Part shown: positions 19,799 to 30,785 of the stretch, one piece after another
How the letters are laid out: each line of letters opens with the position of its first letter
How positions within the stretch are numbered: the stretch's first letter is position 1
Virus record (IMG/VR): IMGVR_UViG_3300025881_000012
Origin: an uncultured virus (IMG/VR IMGVR_UViG_3300025881_000012)
Taxonomy: Duplodnaviria; Heunggongvirae; Uroviricota; Caudoviricetes
DNA: 64,000 nt
Direction: 5' to 3' (one strand)
Notes under the pieces: model-generated
The model's database searches: none
Seen by the model: only the letters and a program-made list of their open reading frames with translations
Told to the model about the DNA's origin: nothing
Position numbers and translations under genes: made by a program

Positions 19799-22014
19799 TA
19801 TGCTTCCAGTGCGAGCAAGGTGAGCGTTACTGTGATTGCTCTTGCACCACCACTAAGATTGGTAACTCTCGCATGAACGGTTGTTCCCGTGTCAAGCCAA
19901 CCTATGACGCCGGGTGACATCTTGATCACCTGGTTACCTGTGGTAATAATCTCTGCTACAACACCAGCATCGGGCGCAGGATCGTCTGTAATTAATCGTG
20001 AGGCGTCTGCTGTTCTTGATGCGGTGTCTGTATACAATCGCACCCATGATGCATCATTTGATTGAATCTTGAGAAGTGCATAAGTAGGTGCACCACCAGT
20101 AATGTCTAAGTCTGCTGAGTTGTTATCTGATATCGTACCTGTTGTGCCAATAATAGTAGATCGTGTACTGAGTGCACCGGTTACTCCAGGAATGGTTACT
20201 GTGACATCATCGCCGCTGTTTGTTGCAGTAACACCAGTACCAACAAAGTTGAACGAGGTCGTACCAGTCGTAAGACTTGAGCCCTCATCTGAAGTTGTGA
20301 TGCTAGAGCCACCACCGCCCGTCTGATTTACAAATGAGAAGTTACCTGCGCCATCTGTCTGGAGAACTTGTCCGTTCGTGCCATCGCTTGCAACATCTGT
20401 CAGATTTAGAAGTGATAACTCAGGAGGAGTGTATGTAAATACGCCGCTTACATTACTATAAGATAATGTACCAGTACCTGATGCGACTTGTTGTACAACT
20501 GAAAGATCAGTGAGCGCAATGCCAGCACCGCCGACACCTGTATTATCTGGTCCTACAACCCAAGCACCTGATCCACCTGCCGCAAACTCGTCCCACTTGA
20601 CAACATATCCACTTGTGATAGGCTCTGATATAGAAACATCTGCTAGATCAATGAGTCTTGCAACCGCACTTGCTCCACCTAGATTGCCTGCACTAGTCCC
20701 GTTATTACCCCACAGCAAAGCACCCGCTGAATCGTAAATGACAAACGATCTACCCGCACTGTCAAGCAGTCTGCCGGAATTGGTTTGAATCTGTACATCA
20801 CCTGCGATAAATGTTGAATCAAGATTTGTTAATCCATTGGCAACAATATTTTCGGTTGTAAAAATGTTAGTGCTGGGATTGTATGTGAGTGTTGTTGTGT
20901 CTATCAGCGCACTATCAAATCCACCTACACCGTTGTTTGCATAAGTGAACATGAGATAGTGAGTAGCATCTGAGTCTGTGTCGCTCGTAGATATCTGATC
21001 TACGTTGGCAACTGTAGTCTCGCCTTCAAGAATGACACCATCTGATTGTCTTCGAAACAATATCTTTGCTGTAGGATCTTTTGGAAGAACTTCCTTTAAC
21101 TCTAGAAGACCATCAATCGTGGTAGAGTCTAACTGAGTTAGACCTGCAACATCAAGATTGGCAGATACATTCGCACTACCTTGAACGTCAAGTGCTACCG
21201 AAGGATTGTCTGTTCCAATACCAACCTGTCCTACAGCATCAATCGTGACGGTATCGGTAGGATTGCCTGTACCGCCACCACTGAGACTTAACTTATCACT
21301 TGTACCATTTTCGCCTACGAAAGTAAGATTGTTGTTACCGAAATATATTTTCTTATCAGTGCCGTCTAACTCAAGATCTTTGTTGAGTCTCCAGCGATCA
21401 CTTGATGCTTGATATGTTATTGTGGCATTTGCACCGTCTAATGTGAGACCACCACCGTCCGCAGTCGCCGCGTCTGGTGCACCTTCAGCGATTACAATAT
21501 TCTTATCATCAACCGTAAGAGTGCTTGAATTGATAATTGTCTCAGTACCATTGACCCACAAGTTACCATCAATTCTTACACCGCCCGAAAAGACCGCAGA
21601 GTCAGCATCTAAGTTAGCAATTGTTATGGACTGTGTAGTGACATTACCACGATCGGTAACAGTTTGAAGAGTATCTACTTCTTCAAACTCACCCAGCGAC
21701 CACGCAACACTGTCATCTAATCCAATGCCTGCTTGTGAACCAGGCTCTTCCTTGAAGACAAGAAAATAACTAGGCTGGCTGGGTGGATCAATCTGTTCAA
21801 GAGATCCTGACTTAAACGATAACTGAGTAAGACGTGGCTCTGTAGTAAAACTCCGAGTCCCATCAACACCCGATATAAAGAGTGCACCTTCTGAATCAGG
21901 TAAACCCGCGTTTGGTTCTGTCTGATCTAATGTTATGAATTCATAACGATCAGAATCTAACTCGGATTTATCTCTAAGTGGAACGTAACCTGATATTGTA
22001 GTGAGTTGCGACAT
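19798..22014 (-). CDS. Tail-fibre-like structural protein
   Basis: L.VNGT.T.INS.TLTVDDKNI, GQVGIGTDNPS, DGTNGQVLQTDGAGNFSF fibre motifs; Gly/Thr/Ser-rich. Confidence 0.75.
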   Translation of the reverse strand: MSQLTTISGYVPLRDKSELDSDRYEFITLDQTEPNAGLPDSEGALFISGVDGTRSFTTEPRLTQLSFKSGSLEQIDPPSQPSYFLVFKEEPGSQAGIGLDDSVAWSLGEFEEVDTLQTVTDRGNVTTQSITIANLDADSAVFSGGVRIDGNLWVNGTETIINSSTLTVDDKNIVIAEGAPDAATADGGGLTLDGANATITYQASSDRWRLNKDLELDGTDKKIYFGNNNLTFVGENGTSDKLSLSGGGTGNPTDTVTIDAVGQVGIGTDNPSVALDVQGSANVSANLDVAGLTQLDSTTIDGLLELKEVLPKDPTAKILFRRQSDGVILEGETTVANVDQISTSDTDSDATHYLMFTYANNGVGGFDSALIDTTTLTYNPSTNIFTTENIVANGLTNLDSTFIAGDVQIQTNSGRLLDSAGRSFVIYDSAGALLWGNNGTSAGNLGGASAVARLIDLADVSISEPITSGYVVKWDEFAAGGSGAWVVGPDNTGVGGAGIALTDLSVVQQVASGTGTLSYSNVSGVFTYTPPELSLLNLTDVASDGTNGQVLQTDGAGNFSFVNQTGGGGSSITTSDEGSSLTTGTTSFNFVGTGVTATNSGDDVTVTIPGVTGALSTRSTIIGTTGTISDNNSADLDITGGAPTYALLKIQSNDASWVRLYTDTASRTADASRLITDDPAPDAGVVAEIITTGNQVIKMSPGVIGWLDTGTTVHARVTNLSGGARAITVTLTLLALEA

Positions 22015-22026
22015 CGTATCTTCCGT

Positions 22027-22431
22027 TTAAGCGTTCAAAGATTCTAACAATGATAGTACTAAATTCAATGTATCATCTGCGTCATTTGTTCCTGAACCAC
22101 CAGCATCTGACCGAGTAACCCTTTTATGACAGTATCCATATATTTGGTTGCCCTCTTGAATAATTAATTTACCTGTCAGAGGTGTCGCCGCATCATTTTG
22201 CCTTACCGGAAACTTATTCACCAGTGGTGTTTCTTGTCCAGTGCCAACATCTTTGTGCACAAAAGAGAATCTTGATGTACCTCCTCCGTCAGAATCTACG
22301 TTAGATATCTGCGCCATTAAAACAATAGCGGTCACGCCTGGAGGTGTGTTATATATTAACTTACCCTGGCTTGCCGCTGAGTCTCTCAACGTCCAGACTT
22401 TAGTTTTAAACGCATTTAATGGAGTTGCCAT
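22027..22431 (-). CDS. Small putative structural protein (134 aa)
   Basis: Beta-rich ORF (IYNTPPGVTAIVLMAQISN, LVLSLLE) between two large virion genes. Confidence 0.7.
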   Translation of the reverse strand: MATPLNAFKTKVWTLRDSAASQGKLIYNTPPGVTAIVLMAQISNVDSDGGGTSRFSFVHKDVGTGQETPLVNKFPVRQNDAATPLTGKLIIQEGNQIYGYCHKRVTRSDAGGSGTNDADDTLNLVLSLLESLNA

Positions 22432-22432
22432 G

Positions 22433-25400
22433 TTATCCCTCTAGTGCTAATATGAATGGGGTCATTACTGCAAACAATGATCTGTCAAATGTTACACCAG
22501 TAATGTTACCCTGTTCTCTGTTAATTGTTAAGTCTTCACCAATTCTAAAGTCACCACGTTCGTCTGTCGCAGTAAAATATACCAGACCAAAGTTTGGTGT
22601 GGCGGCATCTGCCGAGTCAAATTGTATTTCGTTTTGTTTCTTGGGTACACCACCGTTTTGTGGGATAGCCGTGAACATGTTTGTTCCGGATCCTACATAT
22701 TCAAATGTATGACCTGATGCGGTAATCAATGATCTCTGATGGAAACTTACATTTTGAAGTGACTTCAAATTCCTGTTCAATGCAGGCGCAAGTTCTATCT
22801 CATATGATCCTGTTTCATCTAGAATAGACCAGTATTCAAAAAATGCACCAAATTGTGTGTTTGCATCTCCTTGATCAGATCGTCTATCTTGAGCACCAAT
22901 AAGAATATAATCACCTGTGCCGCCGACGGCGACTGAGTGTCCTGATCCACCGTATTCGTCGTTACCTATTGATGCCGCATTTGCAGGAGTCAATGGTTCA
23001 AGTCTAGAGATCCTTCTCCAGTCACTTCGGGCACGTTCAATAACCGAGACTTCGTTCTTGATTGAGTTGACGTTTGGATTGTTACCAACAGCAACAAGAT
23101 CACCTCGTGTGTTGATATCAACATCGTATCCATATCCAAAGTCTTTGACAGCATCATAAGGTGCTTCAATAATATCTTCTGTTACCCACTGACCTTCATC
23201 AAACAAGAAGAACTCACTGACACCTGTGTTCTGAATATACACCTGGACGTCCGTGAAGTTACCACCCGGTGTAAATGCAGGCGTGACTGACAGTGTGTTA
23301 GATGTTCTGTCGGTGATTGTATAATCACCATCGTTTGCACCAGCACCTTCAATTGTCACTACTGTGTTCGTTGGAAAATCTGTTGTGAAATTTATCCACC
23401 GATCAACGTCAGTCGTAGACAAAAGAGTACCTGATAATGTTGCCTGATCTAATTTCTGTTTTCTTGCATATTGAAGTTGACCACCAAGATCGCTGTCAGT
23501 TTGAATGTTCGTGAAGTAACCACGAGGCGCATTCTTATCACCCATGACAAAGTGTGTGGTGTTCTTTCCAAGTCTAATCTTGGAATCTCTACCGTTAGCC
23601 CCAACGTTTGACCGCGGTATGATTACCTGTGCTAGAATGAATACGTTGTCAATGTTTTTCTGATAGTAATAAATTTTATTGGTGAGTGAATTTTTCCATT
23701 GGATTAGAAGATCAGCACCGTCATCATTTATTGTGACTTCAGGTTCACCCGCGTTTGCGCCCGTACCATCAGGTATCGTAATACGTTGAGTCTGTGACCA
23801 AGATGATGAAGCCGGCGCAGTTCTCTGGAAGACGTATACAGCACCAGCACTTGCGGGACTTACATCGTTCACAGTAGAAGCGGCAAGATATAATCCACTC
23901 TCGCTCATGTCAAACGATCTACCAAAGAATCGTGATCGGTCTGCAACCTCAGCAAGATTAACAATGGAATCTTGTGTCCAAGATTCACCACTTCTTCTGA
24001 ACATGTAGATCGCACCGTTGTTCTGCGCACCACCACTTCCGTCTACATTCTTTTGACTAGGTGCACTGACTGCCAGATAAGATCCGTCTTCGTTCAGTCG
24101 TGTTTCGTATCCAAAGTCAATGTCGGATGTTGTGTTTGTGCCAAATGCAACCGCAGGATTAATTGTTTGTACAAAGTCCCACTGTGGTATACCGCCTACA
24201 ATGTCTGATTTGCGAATCTCAACAGCCGCCAGTTCGCCCGGCAATGTTGCACTTTGACCCACTGCGGCATAGAGATCGTTTGAACTCATGTGAACACTTG
24301 AACCATACTTAGTAAGATTAACTGTGTTTGTTTGTTTCAGTGTGGTTGATTCGGTGGTGTTTCCAGTTGTTCCCCAGTCCTGAGTAATCTCATCTGATAC
24401 ATTGAGAATTGTATAATAGAAGTTATCCGAGTCAAATTTGATAGCATCATTGTAGTTAGGCTTCTTGTAATCACCGAGATTCAACGTGTAGTCTGCCGAG
24501 TCTTGTGTGATAACTCCGTTGACCCGAATGAAGTCGTCGTTCTGAATATAGTTTGCGTGAAGATCGCCGTTGTAAAGTGATGGTGATCCACCTGTAGCAA
24601 CAAGACCACGTTCACCGAACGATGAGTTTGAGTTTGTGAGTGAGCATTGACCGCCAGTCTCAGCCAAAACTGAGGTGGTTGTTGATACTGTAAACAATGA
24701 TACTAACTGTGAGTATCCACGGTTTAGGAGATACACACCTGTACCACCAGCGTTGAACTGTGTAAATGCGTCTAGTACCATACTTCGGAGACCAGACACT
24801 TTGCTTCCATCAATTCGTAAACCAATACCAGATGAAGTCAAAGACGTACAGTTCTGTACATAAGGTGACTGTGTAATAAATGGTCCTGCTCCGGGCGAAT
24901 CAACACGAGGATCAAATGCGAGAACAGCGGCACCATCCTGATGATCACGGAAGGTAATCTCTTTGATGTATACACCATTGTCTGCCCAGAAGATATCACT
25001 ATCAACGTTCTTAGGACGAATGGTTGTTGTTCTGAGTGCATCACCAATAATCGCAGTCTTGGGTGGTAGTTTAATCGGGTTATTGATAACATAATCACCA
25101 GACTTCAAGAAGATCGTCGTGTCTGTCCCTTGGTTATTTGCGACAGCATTTGTCGCTCGGACAATCGTAAGTCTTTCACTCGCACCAACGTTGAATTCTT
25201 GGTGGGCTAGATACAAAGCATTGTATGTCACTTTATGACCCAAAGCAATCAGATCTGGGAATGTTTGTGAATCATATCCAACTGCCAATCCTGTAGGATA
25301 GTTGTACTGATACAAGTCTAAAGATCTGTCAGCACCAAAGAAATTGCCTAGTGTAAATGTGCCTTGATTTGTTTGAATGATTGCTTTGAGAATAATATCA

Positions 25401-28400
25401 AGCAGATTGTTCTTCGTAGTTTCAATGCCTGCGTCCAGAGTCTCAAAGTAATTCTTGAGAATGTTTCTCTTCAGATGTCTATATGCTTTAATGGTCATTG
25501 TGAATTCATTCTGACCTAACAGATCACCATATCCATTGTTGAATATAGAGAAGTAAGATCTCATCGCAATGGACGTAGCACTGTTACCACCATACTTGAT
25601 ATCATATGTCAGTGCGTCAAGAATAAATCCAACGTCACGTCTACACTTAGATTGATTGTAAGTATATGCGGGGAATATCTGATTCGCATAAAGAACTGTC
25701 TGATCTTTGTAGATTGTTTTCTGCGCCTGAATCAACAACGGATCGTTTAAAAATGAGATTGGTGTTGATGGAATCGCTGTGTTATCACTCGCAGTAATAG
25801 AATCAATAATGATGTCCATCAGATTGCCAATAGCGCTTTGCTCGGTAGTAGTCGTCACGATTTGATTGATGAAAGCCTTAAGTTGCGCATATGCCGCGGC
25901 AGTGGTTACTACTTCGTTCTGACCTAATTGATTCTTATAAGTGTCAGCAACACCGTCCAGATTCTCGCTTTGATTTGGATTGTTTTCTATGTTAAGATCT
26001 GTCTCAACCCAGTAAGATCGGGCTATAGTTTCGGCAGCATATTGTCCATCATATAGAATATCATGAACAAGTCCATCAACAATATAACCAATATCCCGTT
26101 CACACGCATCGGGATCATATTCAAAGGTGTCGTAGTTGACTTGGATCCAAGTGGTGATTTGCTTCTGAAGTTGACGCCTGTTGGCACGAAGTGCATTGGC
26201 AGCATTGACTTTATCAAGAACAACATTGGTCGTGTTATATGATATTGGATCACCATCTACTTTACCATACTCGGTGCTTTGAGTCAGCAGATCAGTAATC
26301 TCTAGAGTCCGAGCGGTCACATAAGTCTTTGTGGTAGAATCAATGCTAGGCGTGCCGTTAATAAGATCACGAAGATAGTTGATCGCAAGGATGGTGTATT
26401 TTAACTGGTCACTTTGGACTTTATTTGCATTGCCTCTTTGATAGGCTAAACCAGCAGTAATGCTATTATAATTGGTTTGGTTCTGGATGTCAAGACAAAT
26501 CGCATCAATAATTAAGAGAGAGTCTCGTGCACATTTTTCATCATCAAAAGCATCCACTGGATTAGAATCATTAACGAAATCAATGACTGCATTTTGCGTT
26601 TGAGTCTTTGCTGTTTGAACTGCATTAAAGCCTGCTATGTCAGTAGCATCCTCACCTATTGTTGAAGGCAATACCAATGCCGGCATGTTTTGTGTGGTGT
26701 CTGCTTTGATTGCGTCAATTACAATATCAATTTCGCCCGTGATGTACGCAAGAATGGATGCTGTTTGATCTGTGCCTTGGGCTAGGTTAGCATCAAGAGG
26801 TAGATTAGTCGTAAGATAAGTTTTCAGATATTCATATGCGGCAATGGTTGCTTCTATTTCGGCACTATCATTGCCTAAAGCATTGACAACACCCGTAAAA
26901 TAACTCTCAGCAAATTGGCGAATACACCAGTTCGTGCCGGTATCTACATCATATGCAAGTGCTTGCAAAAGAATGATCAAATCTTCTTTACATATGGTAT
27001 TATCAAACGAGGTAATGCCTAATGTATTGTTAACATAGTTTATGACGGCATCAGCATAGGCATTGTTTTGCAGATTCAGTGTGTTCTGTGCCGCAATCGT
27101 GTTAGCGGTAGAACCCGTACTGTCTACACCACCGACAGTACCGGTGTACAATGAAGTATTCGGGTTAACCCAAGCACGATCTACACCAGAAGTGTATACT
27201 CCTGCGTTGATTCCTTCACGAATTCTATCGAACGGGTCATTTGTTTTGAGTGGATCACCACCGCCATTGGTCAATGCAGTCTTTAATAAATCTTCTGCAT
27301 AGTTAACTGCCGCCAGTGTTGCAGCCCTTTGTTTCAAATAAACATTTTGTGCACTAGGTCGTCGGTACGACAATGCAACGAAACGATCTGGTGCTTCGCT
27401 TCCTGCAATAATGAAGAGTGATAATGCATCTACAATGAGACCAATATCTCTCGCACATTTTGCTTGATCGTATGCAGGATTAAAAAATAAATCATTGATG
27501 AATAATATTGTATCATCTTGAATCTGTAATGTTGCGGTTGTTATAGCATCAAAATCTGTACTTGTCAACCCTGCGGTTGATATTTCTACTTCCGCTGGAA
27601 GATTGTCTAAATTACCATCTTCAATTACATCAATAATAATGTCAAGCGATGCTTGAATTTCGGTAATGATTGTAGTGTCAAGACCAGTGGTGTAAGTTGA
27701 CAGTATGCTTTTAAATTGTTCGTAACCAGCAACTGTTGCTGTTGTTTCAAATGGACCTAATTGACTTACACTGCCTACGTAGTATGAAGCGGCGTTCTGT
27801 CTTGCGGCAGTGTTACCACTATAAAGAAGATCGTGACATATGGCGTCAATAATATAACCTGCGTCTCGCTTACATTTATTTGTGTCATACTCAAGTGCAG
27901 GATATTCTAGATCAATATAATCAATAAGAGCGGTTACAGCAGCCGATCGATTGGTTTGAAGATTTGATACCGCAGTAATCCTGTCTCCGCCTAGTGAACC
28001 GTCGTGAGTACCACCAGGAGCAGTATAAGTTGGTGTTTCGTAAGTGGTTACAATTCCATTGAGAACATCGGTGACTCGTGCAAACAATATATCGATACTT
28101 GCATCGGACGCACCAACTAGTTTCTTGACTTCATCTCGGGCATAATTAATACCTTTAAGCGTCTTTTCTAACTGATCCGATTGGACATAAGACGCATTGG
28201 CACGAAGATATGAGAAACCCGCAGTGATGGTGTTGTAAGTAGATCCTGTAATCAGATCTCGTTTTACAGCATCTAGGATGAGACCTACGTCACGATAACA
28301 TTTAACTTGATCGTAATCTGGTAGTTCTGGTATGAATGTTTTATCTACGAATGCAAGTGTAGCAGTCTGTATATCAGGCGTTTCACTTAGTATAACATCA

Positions 28401-30754
28401 TATTCGGTAGTTGTCAACCCTGTTGTTGTTATTTCTACTTCATTGAGAAGAAGACTGGACGTGTCACCTTCTTCAATCACCGTGGTGATGATTGCTATGA
28501 GTTCATCTACCCGAGCATCTTCGGTGACACCAACGAGGGCTTTGATGTCTGTAGCCAAATTGTTGTATGCCGCAATCGTTACTTTCTCTTCGCCAGCACC
28601 TAACTGAGATACAGCACCGACATAATAAGCAAATGCCGCCTGTCTTGTTGCTGTGTTACCACCGTACAGTAAGTCTGCCACCAAGCCGTCAATGATAAAG
28701 CCTGTGTCTGCCTCACATGCCGCTTGGTCGTAAGTAAATGTAGGATACGTAGTTGAAACAAATGACGTTAAGTTGTTGACAAGAGTAGTTCTTGATGTTA
28801 TAATATTTGCTGATTGCGTGGCTCTACCTGCCACCGATGCATAATCGCCTGCTGTTGGATACGTGATCGCTGTAATTGGAGTGGTAACTGTGCCGTCAAT
28901 AACATCAATAACACGCTCAAATAAAGTATCAAGTGTGGTCTGCTGAACTGAACTGAAAACATTGGTTGCTGGGATTCCATTCTGTAGTGTCTTAACAGTG
29001 TCTCTTGCGAACTTTACTGCTTCAATAGTAGCATAATTCTGTTCAGATTTCAAGTATGCTGTATTCGCACGAAGATATGAGTTACCTGCGGTAATCGTCC
29101 AGTAGTCTGTTCCTAAAATAAAGTCTCTTCGGACGGCATCGAGAATAATACCTACATCTCGTGAACACTTACCAGCATCGTATGACTTGATATTAGTGTT
29201 CTTGATTGCCCAGTTATCATCCACATACTCAATTGTATCATCTTCAATCGTAGACTTGTTGGTTAGAATTATCGTTCTTTCGCTGAGAACACCACTGAGA
29301 TAACCATCTAGATCAATCGCAACAGGTGCCGACAAACCAGTCAGATCACCCGCAGTAATAACACCCGTGATTTCGTCTATCAGAGCACCGATATCAGTTT
29401 GCTCAGGTGCGGTAGTAACAACAACATTAATTCGTGTTTTTAGATCATTATAAGCCGCAATTGTGGCAGTGCCTTCACCAAAGCCTAACTGTGACTCTGT
29501 GCCAACAAAGTAAGCCTCTGCGTTTACTCGTGTTCCACCATTACCACCGTACTTGACATCGTGCGCTAAAGCATCTATAATATAACCAACGTCTCTTTCA
29601 CATGCCGCTGAGTCGTAGTCTAAAGTAGGATAGTTGGCAGTAATATATGCCGTAGTGTCTGATACAAGAGTCGCACGATTTGTTATCAGTGCCGCACTTG
29701 CCGTAATTCTATCAGCCGTTTGATACGTAGCAGTACCAGTCGTAGGATATGTTGGAGCAGGATAAGTTGTCGTTGTTCCATTGACAACATTAATTACCCG
29801 ATCAAAGAACGTAGCAATAAGCGCATCACTTGGTACACCAACAAGAGACTGTACTTGACCCTTCGCAAACTCTAATGCCGCCACAGTCATTTCAAACTGA
29901 TCACTCAACACATAGGCAGAGTTTGCACGAAGATATGCATTTGCGGCAGTAATAGTTCTATAGTCAGACGTTGTTATCAGATCATCCACGACTGCATCAA
30001 GAATCAATCCTATATCTCTTTCGCATTTAGCAGAGTCATAAGGATCTAGATTGGCATTGTTCAGATAGGACAGTACAGCATCTTGAATCGCCGCTCTGTT
30101 CTCTTGAAGAATTTGTGATGCATTGTTTGCGTCTGTCTGTGACTCTATAGGTGGATTTGTAAAGTAATAATCATCAGGCTCACCGTCATAGAAAATGTCA
30201 ATAAGTTCTGTAAAGCCTGCACCTACTCGTGCTGTTGCAGTTGGATTTGATGCCACCAGAGGCGCTGATAACATGCCAACACGTTCTTCATTGATTGCTC
30301 GGCGAGTCTGATACTTCTGTTCAGTTGTTACTTTGCCGGCGTTGCCTCTTTTATATGCGAGTCCAGCATTAACAGAGTTAAAGTTTGTTTCTAATACCAT
30401 GTCATAACGGACAGCGTCCATGATTAACTGCGTGTCACGTTCACACGTAATTTTATCAAACTTAAAGCCTTGCTTGGTCAACACAGTGGCAACAGCCGAG
30501 TCTAGTGTCTTCATTGAGTTCATCAATGATCGACCGTCGTTACCGTAAACTCCTGATTTAGAGACGTAATAAACATTCTCAACCTGTTCAGAACCGATTG
30601 ATTCTATTGTTACCTCACCGTTTTGATCGCGCTTGATAAACGCCTTGCCATCATGCGTATTGATAGCAATTTCACCGTAATCAATCTCGTTGACCGTCGG
30701 TGCTCGGTTAGGAATATCGCTTCTAGGCAATAATATTTTTTTACGTGCTGCCAT
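22433..30754 (-). CDS. Giant virion protein (2773 aa): fibre-type N-terminus, 12 helical Cys-containing repeats, beta-helix region, FG-GAP-like propeller
   Basis: GEIAINTHDGKAFIK start; 12 copies of [YF]D..[KA]C.RD.G.I.DA; SPYVQNCT and SMVLDAFTQFNAGG beta-helix motifs; repeated FG...S..G.YLAV.A...GAVY.F.R. Confidence 0.8.
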   Translation of the reverse strand: MAARKKILLPRSDIPNRAPTVNEIDYGEIAINTHDGKAFIKRDQNGEVTIESIGSEQVENVYYVSKSGVYGNDGRSLMNSMKTLDSAVATVLTKQGFKFDKITCERDTQLIMDAVRYDMVLETNFNSVNAGLAYKRGNAGKVTTEQKYQTRRAINEERVGMLSAPLVASNPTATARVGAGFTELIDIFYDGEPDDYYFTNPPIESQTDANNASQILQENRAAIQDAVLSYLNNANLDPYDSAKCERDIGLILDAVVDDLITTSDYRTITAANAYLRANSAYVLSDQFEMTVAALEFAKGQVQSLVGVPSDALIATFFDRVINVVNGTTTTYPAPTYPTTGTATYQTADRITASAALITNRATLVSDTTAYITANYPTLDYDSAACERDVGYIIDALAHDVKYGGNGGTRVNAEAYFVGTESQLGFGEGTATIAAYNDLKTRINVVVTTAPEQTDIGALIDEITGVITAGDLTGLSAPVAIDLDGYLSGVLSERTIILTNKSTIEDDTIEYVDDNWAIKNTNIKSYDAGKCSRDVGIILDAVRRDFILGTDYWTITAGNSYLRANTAYLKSEQNYATIEAVKFARDTVKTLQNGIPATNVFSSVQQTTLDTLFERVIDVIDGTVTTPITAITYPTAGDYASVAGRATQSANIITSRTTLVNNLTSFVSTTYPTFTYDQAACEADTGFIIDGLVADLLYGGNTATRQAAFAYYVGAVSQLGAGEEKVTIAAYNNLATDIKALVGVTEDARVDELIAIITTVIEEGDTSSLLLNEVEITTTGLTTTEYDVILSETPDIQTATLAFVDKTFIPELPDYDQVKCYRDVGLILDAVKRDLITGSTYNTITAGFSYLRANASYVQSDQLEKTLKGINYARDEVKKLVGASDASIDILFARVTDVLNGIVTTYETPTYTAPGGTHDGSLGGDRITAVSNLQTNRSAAVTALIDYIDLEYPALEYDTNKCKRDAGYIIDAICHDLLYSGNTAARQNAASYYVGSVSQLGPFETTATVAGYEQFKSILSTYTTGLDTTIITEIQASLDIIIDVIEDGNLDNLPAEVEISTAGLTSTDFDAITTATLQIQDDTILFINDLFFNPAYDQAKCARDIGLIVDALSLFIIAGSEAPDRFVALSYRRPSAQNVYLKQRAATLAAVNYAEDLLKTALTNGGGDPLKTNDPFDRIREGINAGVYTSGVDRAWVNPNTSLYTGTVGGVDSTGSTANTIAAQNTLNLQNNAYADAVINYVNNTLGITSFDNTICKEDLIILLQALAYDVDTGTNWCIRQFAESYFTGVVNALGNDSAEIEATIAAYEYLKTYLTTNLPLDANLAQGTDQTASILAYITGEIDIVIDAIKADTTQNMPALVLPSTIGEDATDIAGFNAVQTAKTQTQNAVIDFVNDSNPVDAFDDEKCARDSLLIIDAICLDIQNQTNYNSITAGLAYQRGNANKVQSDQLKYTILAINYLRDLINGTPSIDSTTKTYVTARTLEITDLLTQSTEYGKVDGDPISYNTTNVVLDKVNAANALRANRRQLQKQITTWIQVNYDTFEYDPDACERDIGYIVDGLVHDILYDGQYAAETIARSYWVETDLNIENNPNQSENLDGVADTYKNQLGQNEVVTTAAAYAQLKAFINQIVTTTTEQSAIGNLMDIIIDSITASDNTAIPSTPISFLNDPLLIQAQKTIYKDQTVLYANQIFPAYTYNQSKCRRDVGFILDALTYDIKYGGNSATSIAMRSYFSIFNNGYGDLLGQNEFTMTIKAYRHLKRNILKNYFETLDAGIETTKNNLLDIILKAIIQTNQGTFTLGNFFGADRSLDLYQYNYPTGLAVGYDSQTFPDLIALGHKVTYNALYLAHQEFNVGASERLTIVRATNAVANNQGTDTTIFLKSGDYVINNPIKLPPKTAIIGDALRTTTIRPKNVDSDIFWADNGVYIKEITFRDHQDGAAVLAFDPRVDSPGAGPFITQSPYVQNCTSLTSSGIGLRIDGSKVSGLRSMVLDAFTQFNAGGTGVYLLNRGYSQLVSLFTVSTTTSVLAETGGQCSLTNSNSSFGERGLVATGGSPSLYNGDLHANYIQNDDFIRVNGVITQDSADYTLNLGDYKKPNYNDAIKFDSDNFYYTILNVSDEITQDWGTTGNTTESTTLKQTNTVNLTKYGSSVHMSSNDLYAAVGQSATLPGELAAVEIRKSDIVGGIPQWDFVQTINPAVAFGTNTTSDIDFGYETRLNEDGSYLAVSAPSQKNVDGSGGAQNNGAIYMFRRSGESWTQDSIVNLAEVADRSRFFGRSFDMSESGLYLAASTVNDVSPASAGAVYVFQRTAPASSSWSQTQRITIPDGTGANAGEPEVTINDDGADLLIQWKNSLTNKIYYYQKNIDNVFILAQVIIPRSNVGANGRDSKIRLGKNTTHFVMGDKNAPRGYFTNIQTDSDLGGQLQYARKQKLDQATLSGTLLSTTDVDRWINFTTDFPTNTVVTIEGAGANDGDYTITDRTSNTLSVTPAFTPGGNFTDVQVYIQNTGVSEFFLFDEGQWVTEDIIEAPYDAVKDFGYGYDVDINTRGDLVAVGNNPNVNSIKNEVSVIERARSDWRRISRLEPLTPANAASIGNDEYGGSGHSVAVGGTGDYILIGAQDRRSDQGDANTQFGAFFEYWSILDETGSYEIELAPALNRNLKSLQNVSFHQRSLITASGHTFEYVGSGTNMFTAIPQNGGVPKKQNEIQFDSADAATPNFGLVYFTATDERGDFRIGEDLTINREQGNITGVTFDRSLFAVMTPFILALEG
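25150..30470 (-). repeat. Twelve roughly 140-160 aa protein repeats with invariant Cys (C-x-[R/A/E]-D)
   Basis: Cores: TCERD, KCERD, ACERD, KCSRD, ACEAD, KCYRD, KCKRD, KCARD, ICKED, KCARD, ACERD, KCRRD. Confidence 0.9.
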
Positions 30755-30785
30755 ATCAGGGTTCTTCTGAAATATTATTCTTTAT

